The notes below the pieces were generated by a model. It was not told where the DNA came from, ran no database searches, and worked only from the letters and a program-made list of their open reading frames with translations. 64,000 bases of DNA from an uncultured Enterobacterales bacterium (lineage in GTDB: Bacteria > Myxococcota_A > UBA796 > JAFGLY01): assembly GCA_964454135.1 (NCBI GenBank), contig CAYVQL010000001.1, positions 84,977 to 148,976 of the forward strand. The letters run 5' to 3'. Position 1 is the first letter of the stretch; every line of letters begins with the position of its first letter. Shown here piece by piece: positions 1 through 8,979 of this stretch. A program made the position numbers and the translations under genes.

Positions 1-1610
1 GTCACCAACCGGAAGCCACTATCGGCGAGCTGGCCGAGGGTCGCTACCTGCTGCGCCGCCAGCTCGGGGCGGGCGGCATGGCCACCGTCTACGAGGCCTG
101 GGACTCGCGCCTCAAGGTGACGCGCGCCATCAAGCTGCTGAATCCCGCCCTGACCGACAGCCAGTCGGTGAAGCTGCGCTTCGAGCGCGAGGCCCAGACC
201 ATGGCGCAGCTGCGTCATGCTGGCATCGTCACGGTCTACGACGTGGTGCAGGACGGTGGCCGCGTGTTCATCGTGATGGAGCTGCTGCAGGGCAGCCTGA
301 CGGACCTGGTTCGCAAAGAGGGCGCCCTGCTGCCGGGGCGATGCTGCGAGCTGGCGGACCGGGTCCTGGCGGCCCTGGCCTACGCGCACGACAAGGGCGT
401 GATCCACCGCGACATCAAGCCGCACAACATCCTCTTGGACGAGGTCGGGGATCCCAAGGTCACGGACTTCGGCATCGCGCGCGTCCTTCACCAGGACCAG
501 TCCCTGACACGCACCGGTGCCGTGCTGGGCACCTGGTCCTATATGGCGCCCGAGCTGCGCGTGGACGCCAAGAAGGCCTCGCCGGCCTCGGACATCTACG
601 CCGTGGGCACGGTGCTCTACGTGCTGCTCACCGCGGCGGAACCCTTCGATCTCTACGCCTCCAACCTACACGAAGAGCACTTCGGTGGTCTGCCCGCCGG
701 CCTGCGGGCCGTGCTGGTCGAGGCCACCCGCTATCACCCGGAGCGGCGCTACCAGAGCGCCGACCAGATGCGCCAGGCGCTGACTGCCGCGCTGGCAGAG
801 GCGGACGACAGCGGCGAGCGGCCCGCCGGCAGCCAAGGCACGGTCCCGGAGGGCGACGGCGAGACCTTCTCCCTCGACACGACCGCCGACCTGGGCCTGC
901 AGGACGGGGGAGCGGGCCTGGCGGCGGAAGCGGCCGAGCCCAGCCCGCAACGGGATCTGGCCCCTGTCCTGGAGGAGCCCTCCGATGGAGAGTCTTCCGC
1001 AGGCGACCTTCAAGAGGACGAGCCCTCCGCAGAGGCGTCCCCACCCTCCTACGGCACGATCAGCAAGGGTGCCGAGCTGCCGGCCAGGCCCGGGGGCCGT
1101 GCCTGGAAGCGCGTGCTGCTGGTCCTGTTCGCCCTGACGCTGCTCTGCGCGGGGCTGGGATCCCTGGGCTGGTCCTTCAAGCGATACCTGGCGTCGCCCC
1201 TGGCCAGGAAGCTGCGCGCGTTGCGCAGCTCTCTGCAGGAGGGCGGCGAGGCGGACGTCACCAGCAGCAGCGGCAGCGCCTCCAGCGCCGAGACCTCGAC
1301 CTCCAGCAGCCAGAAGACCGTCAGCGTGTCCAAGAGCGTCGACGAAGCTGAGGAAGAGGAAGAGCTGCAGACCGGGCCGCTCAGCGTGCGCCTGAGCGAC
1401 CAGACCTTCGTCTCTTCGGTGGAGGTGGTCTGCCCCTCGGGCTTCAGAATGCGCGGCCTGGTGGGCGAGGAGCGCAGCGTCTCCTTCGCGGACGTGCCCG
1501 TAGAGGACTGCACGCTGCACTTCAAGGGGGCCGCCACCCAGTTCTCCCCCGTCTCGGGCGGAGACGACATCTCCTGCCGCTTCGAGCTGCCCACGGCCAT
1601 CTGCGAGTGA
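1..1610 (+). CDS. Hanks-type Ser/Thr protein kinase, 5' truncated at the window edge (reading frame begins at nt 3). Kinase domain, acidic Ser-rich linker, one TM helix, and a C-terminal extracytoplasmic PEGA-like domain.
   Basis: Translation shows the glycine loop LGAGGMATVYEA, the catalytic HRDIKPHNILL, DFGIAR and APE motifs. The frame stays open to nt 1. TM segment WKRVLLVLFALTLLCAGLGSLGW. Confidence 0.9.
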   Translation, partial: HQPEATIGELAEGRYLLRRQLGAGGMATVYEAWDSRLKVTRAIKLLNPALTDSQSVKLRFEREAQTMAQLRHAGIVTVYDVVQDGGRVFIVMELLQGSLTDLVRKEGALLPGRCCELADRVLAALAYAHDKGVIHRDIKPHNILLDEVGDPKVTDFGIARVLHQDQSLTRTGAVLGTWSYMAPELRVDAKKASPASDIYAVGTVLYVLLTAAEPFDLYASNLHEEHFGGLPAGLRAVLVEATRYHPERRYQSADQMRQALTAALAEADDSGERPAGSQGTVPEGDGETFSLDTTADLGLQDGGAGLAAEAAEPSPQRDLAPVLEEPSDGESSAGDLQEDEPSAEASPPSYGTISKGAELPARPGGRAWKRVLLVLFALTLLCAGLGSLGWSFKRYLASPLARKLRALRSSLQEGGEADVTSSSGSASSAETSTSSSQKTVSVSKSVDEAEEEEELQTGPLSVRLSDQTFVSSVEVVCPSGFRMRGLVGEERSVSFADVPVEDCTLHFKGAATQFSPVSGGDDISCRFELPTAICE

Positions 1611-1670
1611 GATCGCAGCACGCGAAAGAGGCGGCCTGCAGGCCGCCTCCGGAGCTCGACGAGCGAGGTT

Positions 1671-2471
1671 CTAGTACAGATACCCCAGGTAGGCGCAGAC
1701 ATCCATCTCGCCGGACATGTCCTGGTAGGTGACGGTGGCCAGGCCGGTCTGGGGGGTGTCCTCGTGGAAGGTGATGGAGACCTCGAGGCCCTGCCAGGCC
1801 ACGCCCGCCGAGCCCCCGTCGGGCAGCGGGCAGGAGGACCAGATGTTGGCGTAGGTGTAGTGCACGGCGTCGACGTCGATCACGAATTCGTTGACCGGGT
1901 CCTGGTAGTCCAGCTGGCCGTCGGCCTCCAGGTAGGTGGTGCGCAGGTTCAGATACAGATCCTGCACCACCGTGGACTCGATGTTGTCGATGCTGAAGGT
2001 GAAGTCCATCTCTTCGTGGATGTCCACGCCTGTGCCGCCGCCCAGCAGGCTGTAGCTGGCCGTGACGTAGCCATCGACCGCCGCCGGACCGTAGACCAGC
2101 TCGTCGGCGGTGCCGGTCAAGGAGCGGGCGATGTAGTCGCGCTCCAGGGTGACCGAGCCCGAGACCTCGTAGGGCACCAGGCCGCTGTCGGGCACGCAGC
2201 CCTCGCCGTAGTCCAGGGTGATGGACGAGGTGGTGCTTGTGACCTCGGGGCAGTAGCCTTCGGCCTTGGCGTCCACGCTCTTGGCGGCGCCGTCGTCCTC
2301 GCTGGCCAGGGGATTCATCAGCTCGGCGGCCAACATGGAGGCGCTGGTGGCGTCGTTCCACGCCATGACCGCGGTCTCCATCTCCTCGGTAGGGGTGAAA
2401 TCCTCTTCCTTGTTGCAGGCGCTGAGCAGGACCGGAAGGATCAGGGCGTTGGCGGTGATGGTGCGGCGCAT
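1671..2471 (-). CDS. Acidic lipoprotein, function unknown.
   Basis: Signal peptide with lipobox LLSAC, D/E-rich mature region. The antisense ORFs are low-complexity. Confidence 0.7.
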   Translation of the reverse strand: MRRTITANALILPVLLSACNKEEDFTPTEEMETAVMAWNDATSASMLAAELMNPLASEDDGAAKSVDAKAEGYCPEVTSTTSSITLDYGEGCVPDSGLVPYEVSGSVTLERDYIARSLTGTADELVYGPAAVDGYVTASYSLLGGGTGVDIHEEMDFTFSIDNIESTVVQDLYLNLRTTYLEADGQLDYQDPVNEFVIDVDAVHYTYANIWSSCPLPDGGSAGVAWQGLEVSITFHEDTPQTGLATVTYQDMSGEMDVCAYLGYLY

Positions 2472-2601
2472 GATGGTCTCCTCTTGACTAGTGCCTTGTT
2501 CGGCTGTTTCCGGATTGTAGGCGATTTGGATTGGCTTGCGGTTTCTCGGGGGTACGGTCCCTGCTTGGCAGCCTATCGGCAGCAGCGACCGCAGACTGGA
2601 G

Positions 2602-3870
2602 CTAGATCTTGCAGAGCTCGCCCTGCAGCGCGTCCTGGATGGCGTCCTCGGCGGCCTGCTGCAGCTGCTCGTCCACCTCGACGGAGATGTCGCTGTCCAC
2701 GGCGTCCGCCAGCTCCTGGCAGGCGCGCTGCGCGGCGCGTCCGTCCAGCTCGGCGCACTGCGCCTCGATGGTCTCGCGCACAGCGTCGGCCGAGAGGCTC
2801 ACCTCGCCGATGGGCTCGGCCTCGACCTGGGCCTCGAACTCGCCGCACTCGCCGGTCATGCTGACGGTGACGGCGATGGAAACGCCGATGGGGTTGTCCA
2901 GCTCCAGGCTGACGGGCTCGAACCAGTCGGCGTCCTCGTCGCCCAGTTCGATGAATTCATCCAGGTCCACGGTCACGCGCTCCAGCAGGTACTCGGCGGT
3001 CGAGGCGGCATTGCCGGCGCTGGGGCAGGCGCAGTCCATGCCCAGGGGCCAGGTCAGGGGGTCGCCGTACTCGCCCTGTTCGTCCACGCCCAGCTCGTAG
3101 CTGGCGTCGGAGCTGCCGTAGGGCCCGCTCGTGGTCACGTCGCCCGTGCCCACCAGCTCGAGGGTCTCTTGGACGCTGTCCAGGCTGAGGATGCCCTCCA
3201 GGGTCAGGTCGCTGACGCGGTTGCCGTCGTCGCCGTGCACGCTGGCCTGGGGATCGCCGGCCTGACCCTGGGCGTCACTGGTGTACACAGAGAAGAGCGT
3301 CGTCTCCTCGTCGCGATCCTGGTACTGCAGCGCCACGTGGCCGGTGATGTCGGTCTCTCCCAGGACGAAGCTGTCTTGGAAGCCGAACACCAGCAGGCCG
3401 CTTTCCACGCGCTCCACCGTGACCTGGCCCTGAACGCCCTCGCACATGTCGAAGTCCAGCACCAGGGCGCTGCCTGGGCTGCGTTCGATACCCACGCAGT
3501 CCATGGCGGCGGGCGCAGGAGGCGCCAACAGGCCGGTCCCGGGGTGCAGGTCGTCGGGGATGGGTGCCAGATCGGCGCTGGTCTGCGCCATGGAGGCGTC
3601 CCAGAAGCGGTCATCCTCGTCCAGCAGCGCGCTCACCTCGGCGGGCTCGAGCACGGCCGACATGGAGGCGCCCAGGGCGTAGACGGCCTGGGTGGAGTCC
3701 AACTCCATCTCACGGCTGCTCTCGACGCTGGAGGCCGGGCCGCTCTCCAGCAGTGTGGCCATCAGCGGGTTGAGCGCGTCGCCGGTGTCGGTTGCTTCCT
3801 CGGAGTTCGCGCAAGCGCTGAGGCCGATGGCGGCGCTGAGGACTGCGAGCTGCGTGTGCGTGGCCTTCAT
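2602..3870 (-). CDS. Acidic lipoprotein, function unknown; possible distant paralogue of the 1671..2471 gene.
   Basis: Lipobox GLSAC, very acidic composition, 422 aa. It lies in tandem with the preceding lipoprotein gene on the same strand. Confidence 0.7.
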   Translation of the reverse strand: MKATHTQLAVLSAAIGLSACANSEEATDTGDALNPLMATLLESGPASSVESSREMELDSTQAVYALGASMSAVLEPAEVSALLDEDDRFWDASMAQTSADLAPIPDDLHPGTGLLAPPAPAAMDCVGIERSPGSALVLDFDMCEGVQGQVTVERVESGLLVFGFQDSFVLGETDITGHVALQYQDRDEETTLFSVYTSDAQGQAGDPQASVHGDDGNRVSDLTLEGILSLDSVQETLELVGTGDVTTSGPYGSSDASYELGVDEQGEYGDPLTWPLGMDCACPSAGNAASTAEYLLERVTVDLDEFIELGDEDADWFEPVSLELDNPIGVSIAVTVSMTGECGEFEAQVEAEPIGEVSLSADAVRETIEAQCAELDGRAAQRACQELADAVDSDISVEVDEQLQQAAEDAIQDALQGELCKI

Positions 3871-4265
3871 TTCATTCTCCTGCTGGCTGCTTCGGGGTTG
3901 GGGTCGCTGCCCGTTTCGCTCTGTGTTTCGCTGCGGGCCGCGTCTGTCTCCACAATAGCCCCGGGTCGGGGTGTGGTCATCAAAAAAAGTGGCTTGCTAA
4001 TTACCTTTTGCATAGCTTGCGAAAACCTTGAGGACCCTTGGCGGCTTGCTCGCGACCTATGGGGAAGCTCTAGGGCTCGAATGGGGGGGAAGCGGTATTG
4101 TCAAGCGATGAATCGCGCGATTTGCGCCTCTCTTCGGGCTTGCGTCGTTTCCTCCAGGTTTTCGCAAGCTTTGCCAAGAAGCACCCGACAGGGTGGTGAG
4201 CGCTTGCGTCGCGCCTTGGCGCAGCGCTACGCTCAAGGGGCCTCGCATCTCTTCGGAGGGAACCC

Positions 4266-4949
4266 GTGGCCAACATCCTGCTGATCGAAGATGACCTGGC
4301 CCTGGGCTCCCTGCTGCAGGCCGAGCTGCTGCGCGCGGGCTACCTCTGCGTCTGGAAGCAGAACGTCAGCGAGGGCCTGGCCGAGTTCCAGCGCCAGGAG
4401 CCCGACCTGCTGCTGCTGGACCTGATGCTGCCCGACGGCAGCGGTTTCCAGGTGCTCAAGCAGGTGCGTTCCCAGTCCCAGGTGCCGGTCATCATCCTGA
4501 CGGCGCGCAACCTGTCCGAGGACAAGGTGATGGGTCTGGACCTGGGGGCGGACGACTACGTCACCAAGCCCTTCTGGAACGACGAGCTCATAGCCCGCAT
4601 CCGAGCGCGGCTGCGGCGTCCCACCGCCGTGGCTGGGGAGGCCCAGAGCTTGACCATGGGGCGGGTGGAGGCGGACCTGGCGGCGCGCCGGGTGCTGGTG
4701 GATGGCGCGGAGAAGCGCCTGACGCCCACGGAGTTCAACATCCTGGAGTACCTGCTCAAGCGCCGCGGTCGCGCGGTGCGCCGCGAGCAGCTGCAGGCCG
4801 CCTTCCTCAAGGCCGAGGAATCGCCCGAGCAGTCGCTGCAGACCCATGTCTCGCGGTTGAGGCGCAAGCTGGGGCCCGACGGCAAGCTGATCCGCACGGT
4901 CTGGGGCATCGGCTACCGCATCGACGAGGAGGGGGAGAGCGGTGCTTAA
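4266..4949 (+). CDS. OmpR/PhoB-family response regulator (receiver plus winged-helix DNA-binding domain), GTG start.
   Basis: LLIEDD...LLLLDLMLPDGSG receiver motifs, conserved K in YVTKPF, and C-terminal RTVWGIGYRID wing. It overlaps the downstream kinase gene by 8 nt. Confidence 0.9.
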   Translation: MANILLIEDDLALGSLLQAELLRAGYLCVWKQNVSEGLAEFQRQEPDLLLLDLMLPDGSGFQVLKQVRSQSQVPVIILTARNLSEDKVMGLDLGADDYVTKPFWNDELIARIRARLRRPTAVAGEAQSLTMGRVEADLAARRVLVDGAEKRLTPTEFNILEYLLKRRGRAVRREQLQAAFLKAEESPEQSLQTHVSRLRRKLGPDGKLIRTVWGIGYRIDEEGESGA

Positions 4950-6321
4950 GCACCTGGGGCTGCGCCTGTTCTTGACCCTGGGCCTGCTGCTGATCTGCTT
5001 CGAGCTGCTGGTTTTCACGCAGAACACGCGCGCCGCCGATCGCATCCGGGTCAAGATCGTCGAGGCCGACCTGCAGTGGATGCTGCGCAGTGGCGACCTG
5101 GAGCGCTGCGACGCGGATCCGGCGGCCTGGGAGGCGCCCCTGTCCGGGCTGGGGATGGTGTACACCCTGGACGAGAGCGGCCGGCCCCACAATCCGCAGG
5201 CGCCCCTGCAGCAGGCCTTTGCCAACGACGTGGAGCCGGGCCAGCTGGTCAAGCAGGGCGCCAAGGTGCACTGGCTGGGTTGGACCGGGGTCTACGCCCT
5301 GGCACGGCAGGCGGCCGAGGCGCCCTGCCGCAGCTTCCTGATCGTGCAGCGACACATGATGGGGGTGGACACGCACCTGTTCTGGTGGATCGCCTTGCCG
5401 CGCTTCGTGCTGGGGCTGGCCATCGTCTGCCTGACCTGGTGGTTCGTGGTCCGTCCCTTGCTGCAGCGCATCCACGTGCTGGCCGGGCGCACCTCCACCA
5501 TCGTGGAGGCCGATTTCGAGGGGCAGCTGCCCGTGGGTCGCGGCGACGAGATCGACCAGCTGGCCGTGGCCTTCAACCGGGCGGCGGCCGCGGCCCGCGA
5601 GCGCCTGGAGCGGCTGCGCAAGCAGGACAAGCTGACCCGCGAGGTGATGGCCAACATCGCCCACGACGTGCGCACGCCCCTGGCGGCCCTCAAGCTGGGC
5701 ACAGGGCGGCTGTTGGCGGATCAGCCCCAGTCCGAGGTGGGGCCCACGGTGCGCTCCGAGCTCAACTACCTGGACAGCCTGATCGCCAACCTGGGCACCC
5801 TGGTGCAGCTGGAGGGCACGACCCTGCCCCTGGTGCGCCAGAAGCTGGACGCTTGCGCCCTGGTGAATCGCTGCCTGGCGCGCTTCGAGATGGTGGCCGC
5901 GGGGCGCGGCGTGGAGATCAACGGCGCCACGCCCGACGATCCGCTGCACTTCGCCGGCGATCCCCTGGCTGTGGAGCAGGCCCTGGGCAACCTGGTGCAG
6001 AACGCCACCGACTTCGCCAGCGGCAACGTGGCCCTGGTCTGCTTCGAGGAGCAAGGGAGCGTGGTCTTCTCGGTGCAGGACGACGGGCCCGGCCTTGAGA
6101 TCGGCGAGATCCCGCGCCTGTCCGAGCGCAGCTACCGCGGCATCGCCAGCCACTCGCGCGGCCGCAAGGGCCTGGGACTGGGCCTGGCCATCGCCGACGA
6201 GGTGGCGCGACGCCACGGAGGCGAGCTGATCTTCGACTGCCCCGCCGAAGGGGGAACGCGCATCCGCCTGCGCTTTCCGCGCGGGCTCTCGCTACGGATG
6301 GACACCTACCACTGGGAGTAG
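4942..6321 (+). CDS. Sensor histidine kinase (two TM helices, HAMP, HisKA and HATPase_c domains).
   Basis: H-box ANIAHDVRTPL, N-box GNLVQNATDFA, G-boxes DDGPGL and GLGLGLAI. Translationally coupled to the response regulator. Confidence 0.9.
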   Translation: MLKHLGLRLFLTLGLLLICFELLVFTQNTRAADRIRVKIVEADLQWMLRSGDLERCDADPAAWEAPLSGLGMVYTLDESGRPHNPQAPLQQAFANDVEPGQLVKQGAKVHWLGWTGVYALARQAAEAPCRSFLIVQRHMMGVDTHLFWWIALPRFVLGLAIVCLTWWFVVRPLLQRIHVLAGRTSTIVEADFEGQLPVGRGDEIDQLAVAFNRAAAAARERLERLRKQDKLTREVMANIAHDVRTPLAALKLGTGRLLADQPQSEVGPTVRSELNYLDSLIANLGTLVQLEGTTLPLVRQKLDACALVNRCLARFEMVAAGRGVEINGATPDDPLHFAGDPLAVEQALGNLVQNATDFASGNVALVCFEEQGSVVFSVQDDGPGLEIGEIPRLSERSYRGIASHSRGRKGLGLGLAIADEVARRHGGELIFDCPAEGGTRIRLRFPRGLSLRMDTYHWE

Positions 6322-6324
6322 TCG

Positions 6325-8136
6325 TCAGGAGCTCTCGGCGTTGAGCAGGCGCTGCTTGACCTGGGCGGCCATGCGCGCCGGGTCCGCCTCGTGGGTGGCG
6401 GTCCTTGCCAGGGCCTCCAGGATGGCGCGGGCGTTGCCCACGTTCTCGCTCGCGGCCAGCAGCCGTCGGAAGACCTGCAGGATGGTGACTCGCGGCAGGC
6501 GATCCAGGTCGCGGTAGACGGCGGGGCACTGGGCGCGCAGGGGATCCAGAGCCTGTTTCAGCTCTTCCAGGCCGTAGAGCTCGTGCCCCTGCTGGCGCAG
6601 CAGGCGGGCCAGGTGGGTGGCCAGCACGCCGGCTGGGTCCGTCACCTCGAAGCCCTGGGCCCGGGCCGCCAGCACGGCGGTAGCGGGGATCCACCAGGCA
6701 TGCTGGCCGAAGACCGGATCGCGGGCCTCTTCGCCCTGGGGAGGCTCGTGCTTGCAGCGGCCGGGCAGGGCAAGCCATCGATCGGATGGGATGCAGCCCG
6801 TTGCGCAGGGCTCGCCCCAGAGCAGCAGACGGTAGCAGTCGCCGGCCAGGTGCAGGTTGTCGCGCACGTGCAAGGGGGGCACCCGCAGGCCCCGCTCTCC
6901 GAGGATGCGGTCTCGCAGCGCGGCGACCCGTCCCAGCAGGGCGGCTTCCTTTTCCACCAGGCGCACCAGGTCCACGCCCAGCTCCATGGTCAGCGGCGGC
7001 ACCTCGGGCACGGTGGCCCGTTGCGGAGCTCGCTTCCTGGCGCGACCGCGCAGCGCTTGCTCCAGCTTGGAGCCGCTGGGGACGGTCACCGTGATGCCGG
7101 AGGAGCGCTGGCGGCTGCTGGGTGCGTGGGGGGCTGGCGGTGCGCTGGGATCCGGTACCAGGCCATCGGCGGTCAGCGTGCCCACGCGCTGCAGCTGGGC
7201 GTCGGGCAGCAGCTCGGCGGTGGAGAGAACGGTGATGTCGGGGTGGCAGCGGCGCACGGTGACGGCCAGCCGCCAGCGAGCCGGCGGGTCGCTGAGCAGC
7301 ACGGCCCGAGTCGGCAGCTCGGCCAGCGTCTCCAGTCCGTGGCAGATCCTTTCTCGTTCCTCCTCGCTCAGGGCCCCTCCGTCGGCCATGCGCAGGATGA
7401 TCGCCTTGGCTTCGTCGCTGAGCTCGGCGCAGTGAAGTACAGCCTTGTCGTCGCTGAAGCGGCTGGTGATGTGGCGGGCCAGCCCCTGCCGCACGCGCTC
7501 GGTGAGCGCCTCTTCGCTGGCTGGCCAGCCCATGAGCAGGGATTCCAGGATGGCCCGCGAGTTGCGGATGGTCAGCCCCTCGCGCAGCAGGTTGCGCAGC
7601 ACGGCCAGCAAGGTGGAGGGCGGCACGCCCTCGCGGTCCAGCTGGCGCACCAGCTCGGGCTCCCGGGCCGCGCAGCGGCGCAGCAGGTCTTCTACGTCGG
7701 CCAGGTCGTAGAGGTCGGGCAGCAGGGCCAGCTGCAGCTCGGTGCAGTGGGTCGTGAGCACGGTGGCCGGTTCGACCACGGTATAGCCCCTGGCTTGGGT
7801 GCTGAGGCGCTCCGACTCCGGGATCCACTGGGCCGGCAGGCCGAAGACCGGCTCCCTGATCACCTCACCTGTGATGGTTTCGTCGAGAGCGTCCGGATCG
7901 ATGGCCAGCCACATGTCCGCGCGCAGGCGGCCCCGACCCACCTCCATGCCCGCGATCAACAGGCGATAGCTGTCGTGGGGCAGGTGCGGGTCGCTGCGGA
8001 TGGCATTGCTGGGAAGCAGCACGCCCTCTCTGCGGGCGATGCTGCCGCGCATGCGCCGCAGCCTGTCCGCCAGGTCCTCCCCCTTCTCGAAGCTGGCCAG
8101 CAGGGCCTGTCCGAGCTCGATGTCGAGGGATTCCAC
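6325..8136 (-). CDS. Soluble protein made of two tandem FlhA/SctV (FHIPEP) C-terminal cytoplasmic domains, with no N-terminal membrane export-gate domain.
   Basis: Copy 1 (about aa 5-330) and copy 2 (about aa 405-603) each carry the FlhA-C signature blocks: V/IRDNLxL...YRLLIxG, FGLPAxWI, GYTVVEP...THxTEL, and VLRNLLREGLTIRNSRAILE / VFRRLLAASENVGNARAILE. The copies are joined by a Pro/Ser-rich linker. No hydrophobic segments. An AT-rich promoter lies upstream. Confidence 0.8.
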   Translation of the reverse strand: MESLDIELGQALLASFEKGEDLADRLRRMRGSIARREGVLLPSNAIRSDPHLPHDSYRLLIAGMEVGRGRLRADMWLAIDPDALDETITGEVIREPVFGLPAQWIPESERLSTQARGYTVVEPATVLTTHCTELQLALLPDLYDLADVEDLLRRCAAREPELVRQLDREGVPPSTLLAVLRNLLREGLTIRNSRAILESLLMGWPASEEALTERVRQGLARHITSRFSDDKAVLHCAELSDEAKAIILRMADGGALSEEERERICHGLETLAELPTRAVLLSDPPARWRLAVTVRRCHPDITVLSTAELLPDAQLQRVGTLTADGLVPDPSAPPAPHAPSSRQRSSGITVTVPSGSKLEQALRGRARKRAPQRATVPEVPPLTMELGVDLVRLVEKEAALLGRVAALRDRILGERGLRVPPLHVRDNLHLAGDCYRLLLWGEPCATGCIPSDRWLALPGRCKHEPPQGEEARDPVFGQHAWWIPATAVLAARAQGFEVTDPAGVLATHLARLLRQQGHELYGLEELKQALDPLRAQCPAVYRDLDRLPRVTILQVFRRLLAASENVGNARAILEALARTATHEADPARMAAQVKQRLLNAESS

Positions 8137-8364
8137 GGTGCTGCCCTCCTTGGAGGATGCCCGGTGGGGGTGCGCGGCGGATTGCAGGATTCCAGGCTAC
8201 CACCACTCGGTGGCCTTCGGGAGTCGGTGTCAATGAAAATGGTATCAAAAAAGGTAGAATCGTTGGATTTCCGTTGTCTTGAGCGGCCCATGGGAAAAAA
8301 AACCGGGGCGCGGGGAATGGATGCGAGCCTGTCCCGTACTGACGGGTGAAAGGAGCGTGGAACG
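8137..8364. promoter_or_regulatory. AT-rich divergent promoter region between the tandem-FlhA-C gene and the PLDc_N-like gene.
   Basis: Local GC drops sharply (caatgaaaatggtatcaaaaaaggtagaatcg, then an A8 run). No ORF. Confidence 0.5.
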
Positions 8365-8583
8365 ATGGAAACGCATCAAATTGCACTCATGGCCTGCGCT
8401 GGCGTCAGCGCCATCGCGGTTCTCTTCCTGCTGGTCAAGGCTGTACGCTGGACAGGCCGCGACGCCAGGAGGCGTGGCTTCCGCCCGGTCTGGCTGCTGC
8501 AGCTGCTGGTGGTGCTGGAGTTCCCCTGGCCCTGGCTGGTGTACTACCTGGTGACCCGCAACCTGGATCGGCAGCGGGCTTGA
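8365..8583 (+). CDS. Small two-TM membrane protein, PLD-nuclease N-terminal (PLDc_N)-like.
   Basis: 72 aa with two hydrophobic helices. The RPVWLLQLLVVLEFPWPWLVYYLVTRN segment resembles the PLDc_N consensus (KxLWLLVILLxPxIGPxLY). A promoter-like AT-rich region lies upstream. Confidence 0.5.
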   Translation: METHQIALMACAGVSAIAVLFLLVKAVRWTGRDARRRGFRPVWLLQLLVVLEFPWPWLVYYLVTRNLDRQRA

Positions 8584-8979
8584 GGGCCACTGGTTGGTTT
8601 CTTTTGGCCCCGACCAGATCAGCCGAGAGGGATGAGGACCAAAGGAGAGGATCTCTGCGCTCTCCGGTACGCCAGGACAAGCCTGGTGTCAGGCGGCGGC
8701 TCGCTGTTTCGGGAATTCGTTCCCTCGCAGTAGCGTTCCCCGCACTTGAGGTGGGGCCATTCGGGTGGAACCGGTCACAACTGCGCCAGTGGCGCCTCAC
8801 TGCCCGAGTTATGAGCGCCCCGCAGCGTTCACGCTCGCCGCAGGCTCTACGGCGGCACCAGCCGTGTACCCAGATCTGGGACTAGAGGTTTTTCTTCTCA
8901 TCCTGTAACAGTCCCCACCCCTGACGACTCTTGGGCGCTCAAGGGGCGGTTTCGTCCCCCAGCATCCAGGAAGTGCGCC

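Noticed and set aside
341-1520. Long overlapping ORFs inside the kinase gene (341..1351 +, 666..1520 -, 628..1044 -).
   Set aside because: Their translations are Arg/Pro/Gly-rich low-complexity, as expected for off-frame reading of 70% GC DNA. The in-frame kinase has all catalytic motifs.
1764-4284. ORFs 1764..2864 + and 2536..4284 + (366 and 582 aa).
   Set aside because: They are antisense to two lipoprotein genes that have signal peptides and lipoboxes. The translations are low-complexity (G/A/V/L/Q runs).
4807-8349. ORFs 4807..6216 -, 5918..7828 -, 6391..8349 + (469-652 aa).
   Set aside because: They are antisense or off-frame to the verified histidine kinase and tandem FlhA-C genes. Translations are Arg/Pro/Gly/Ala-rich.
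8584-8625. Weak stem-loop GGGCCA...TGGCCC after the PLDc_N-like gene, as a Rho-independent terminator.
   Set aside because: The stem is only 6 bp with a 16-nt loop and no clean U-tract.
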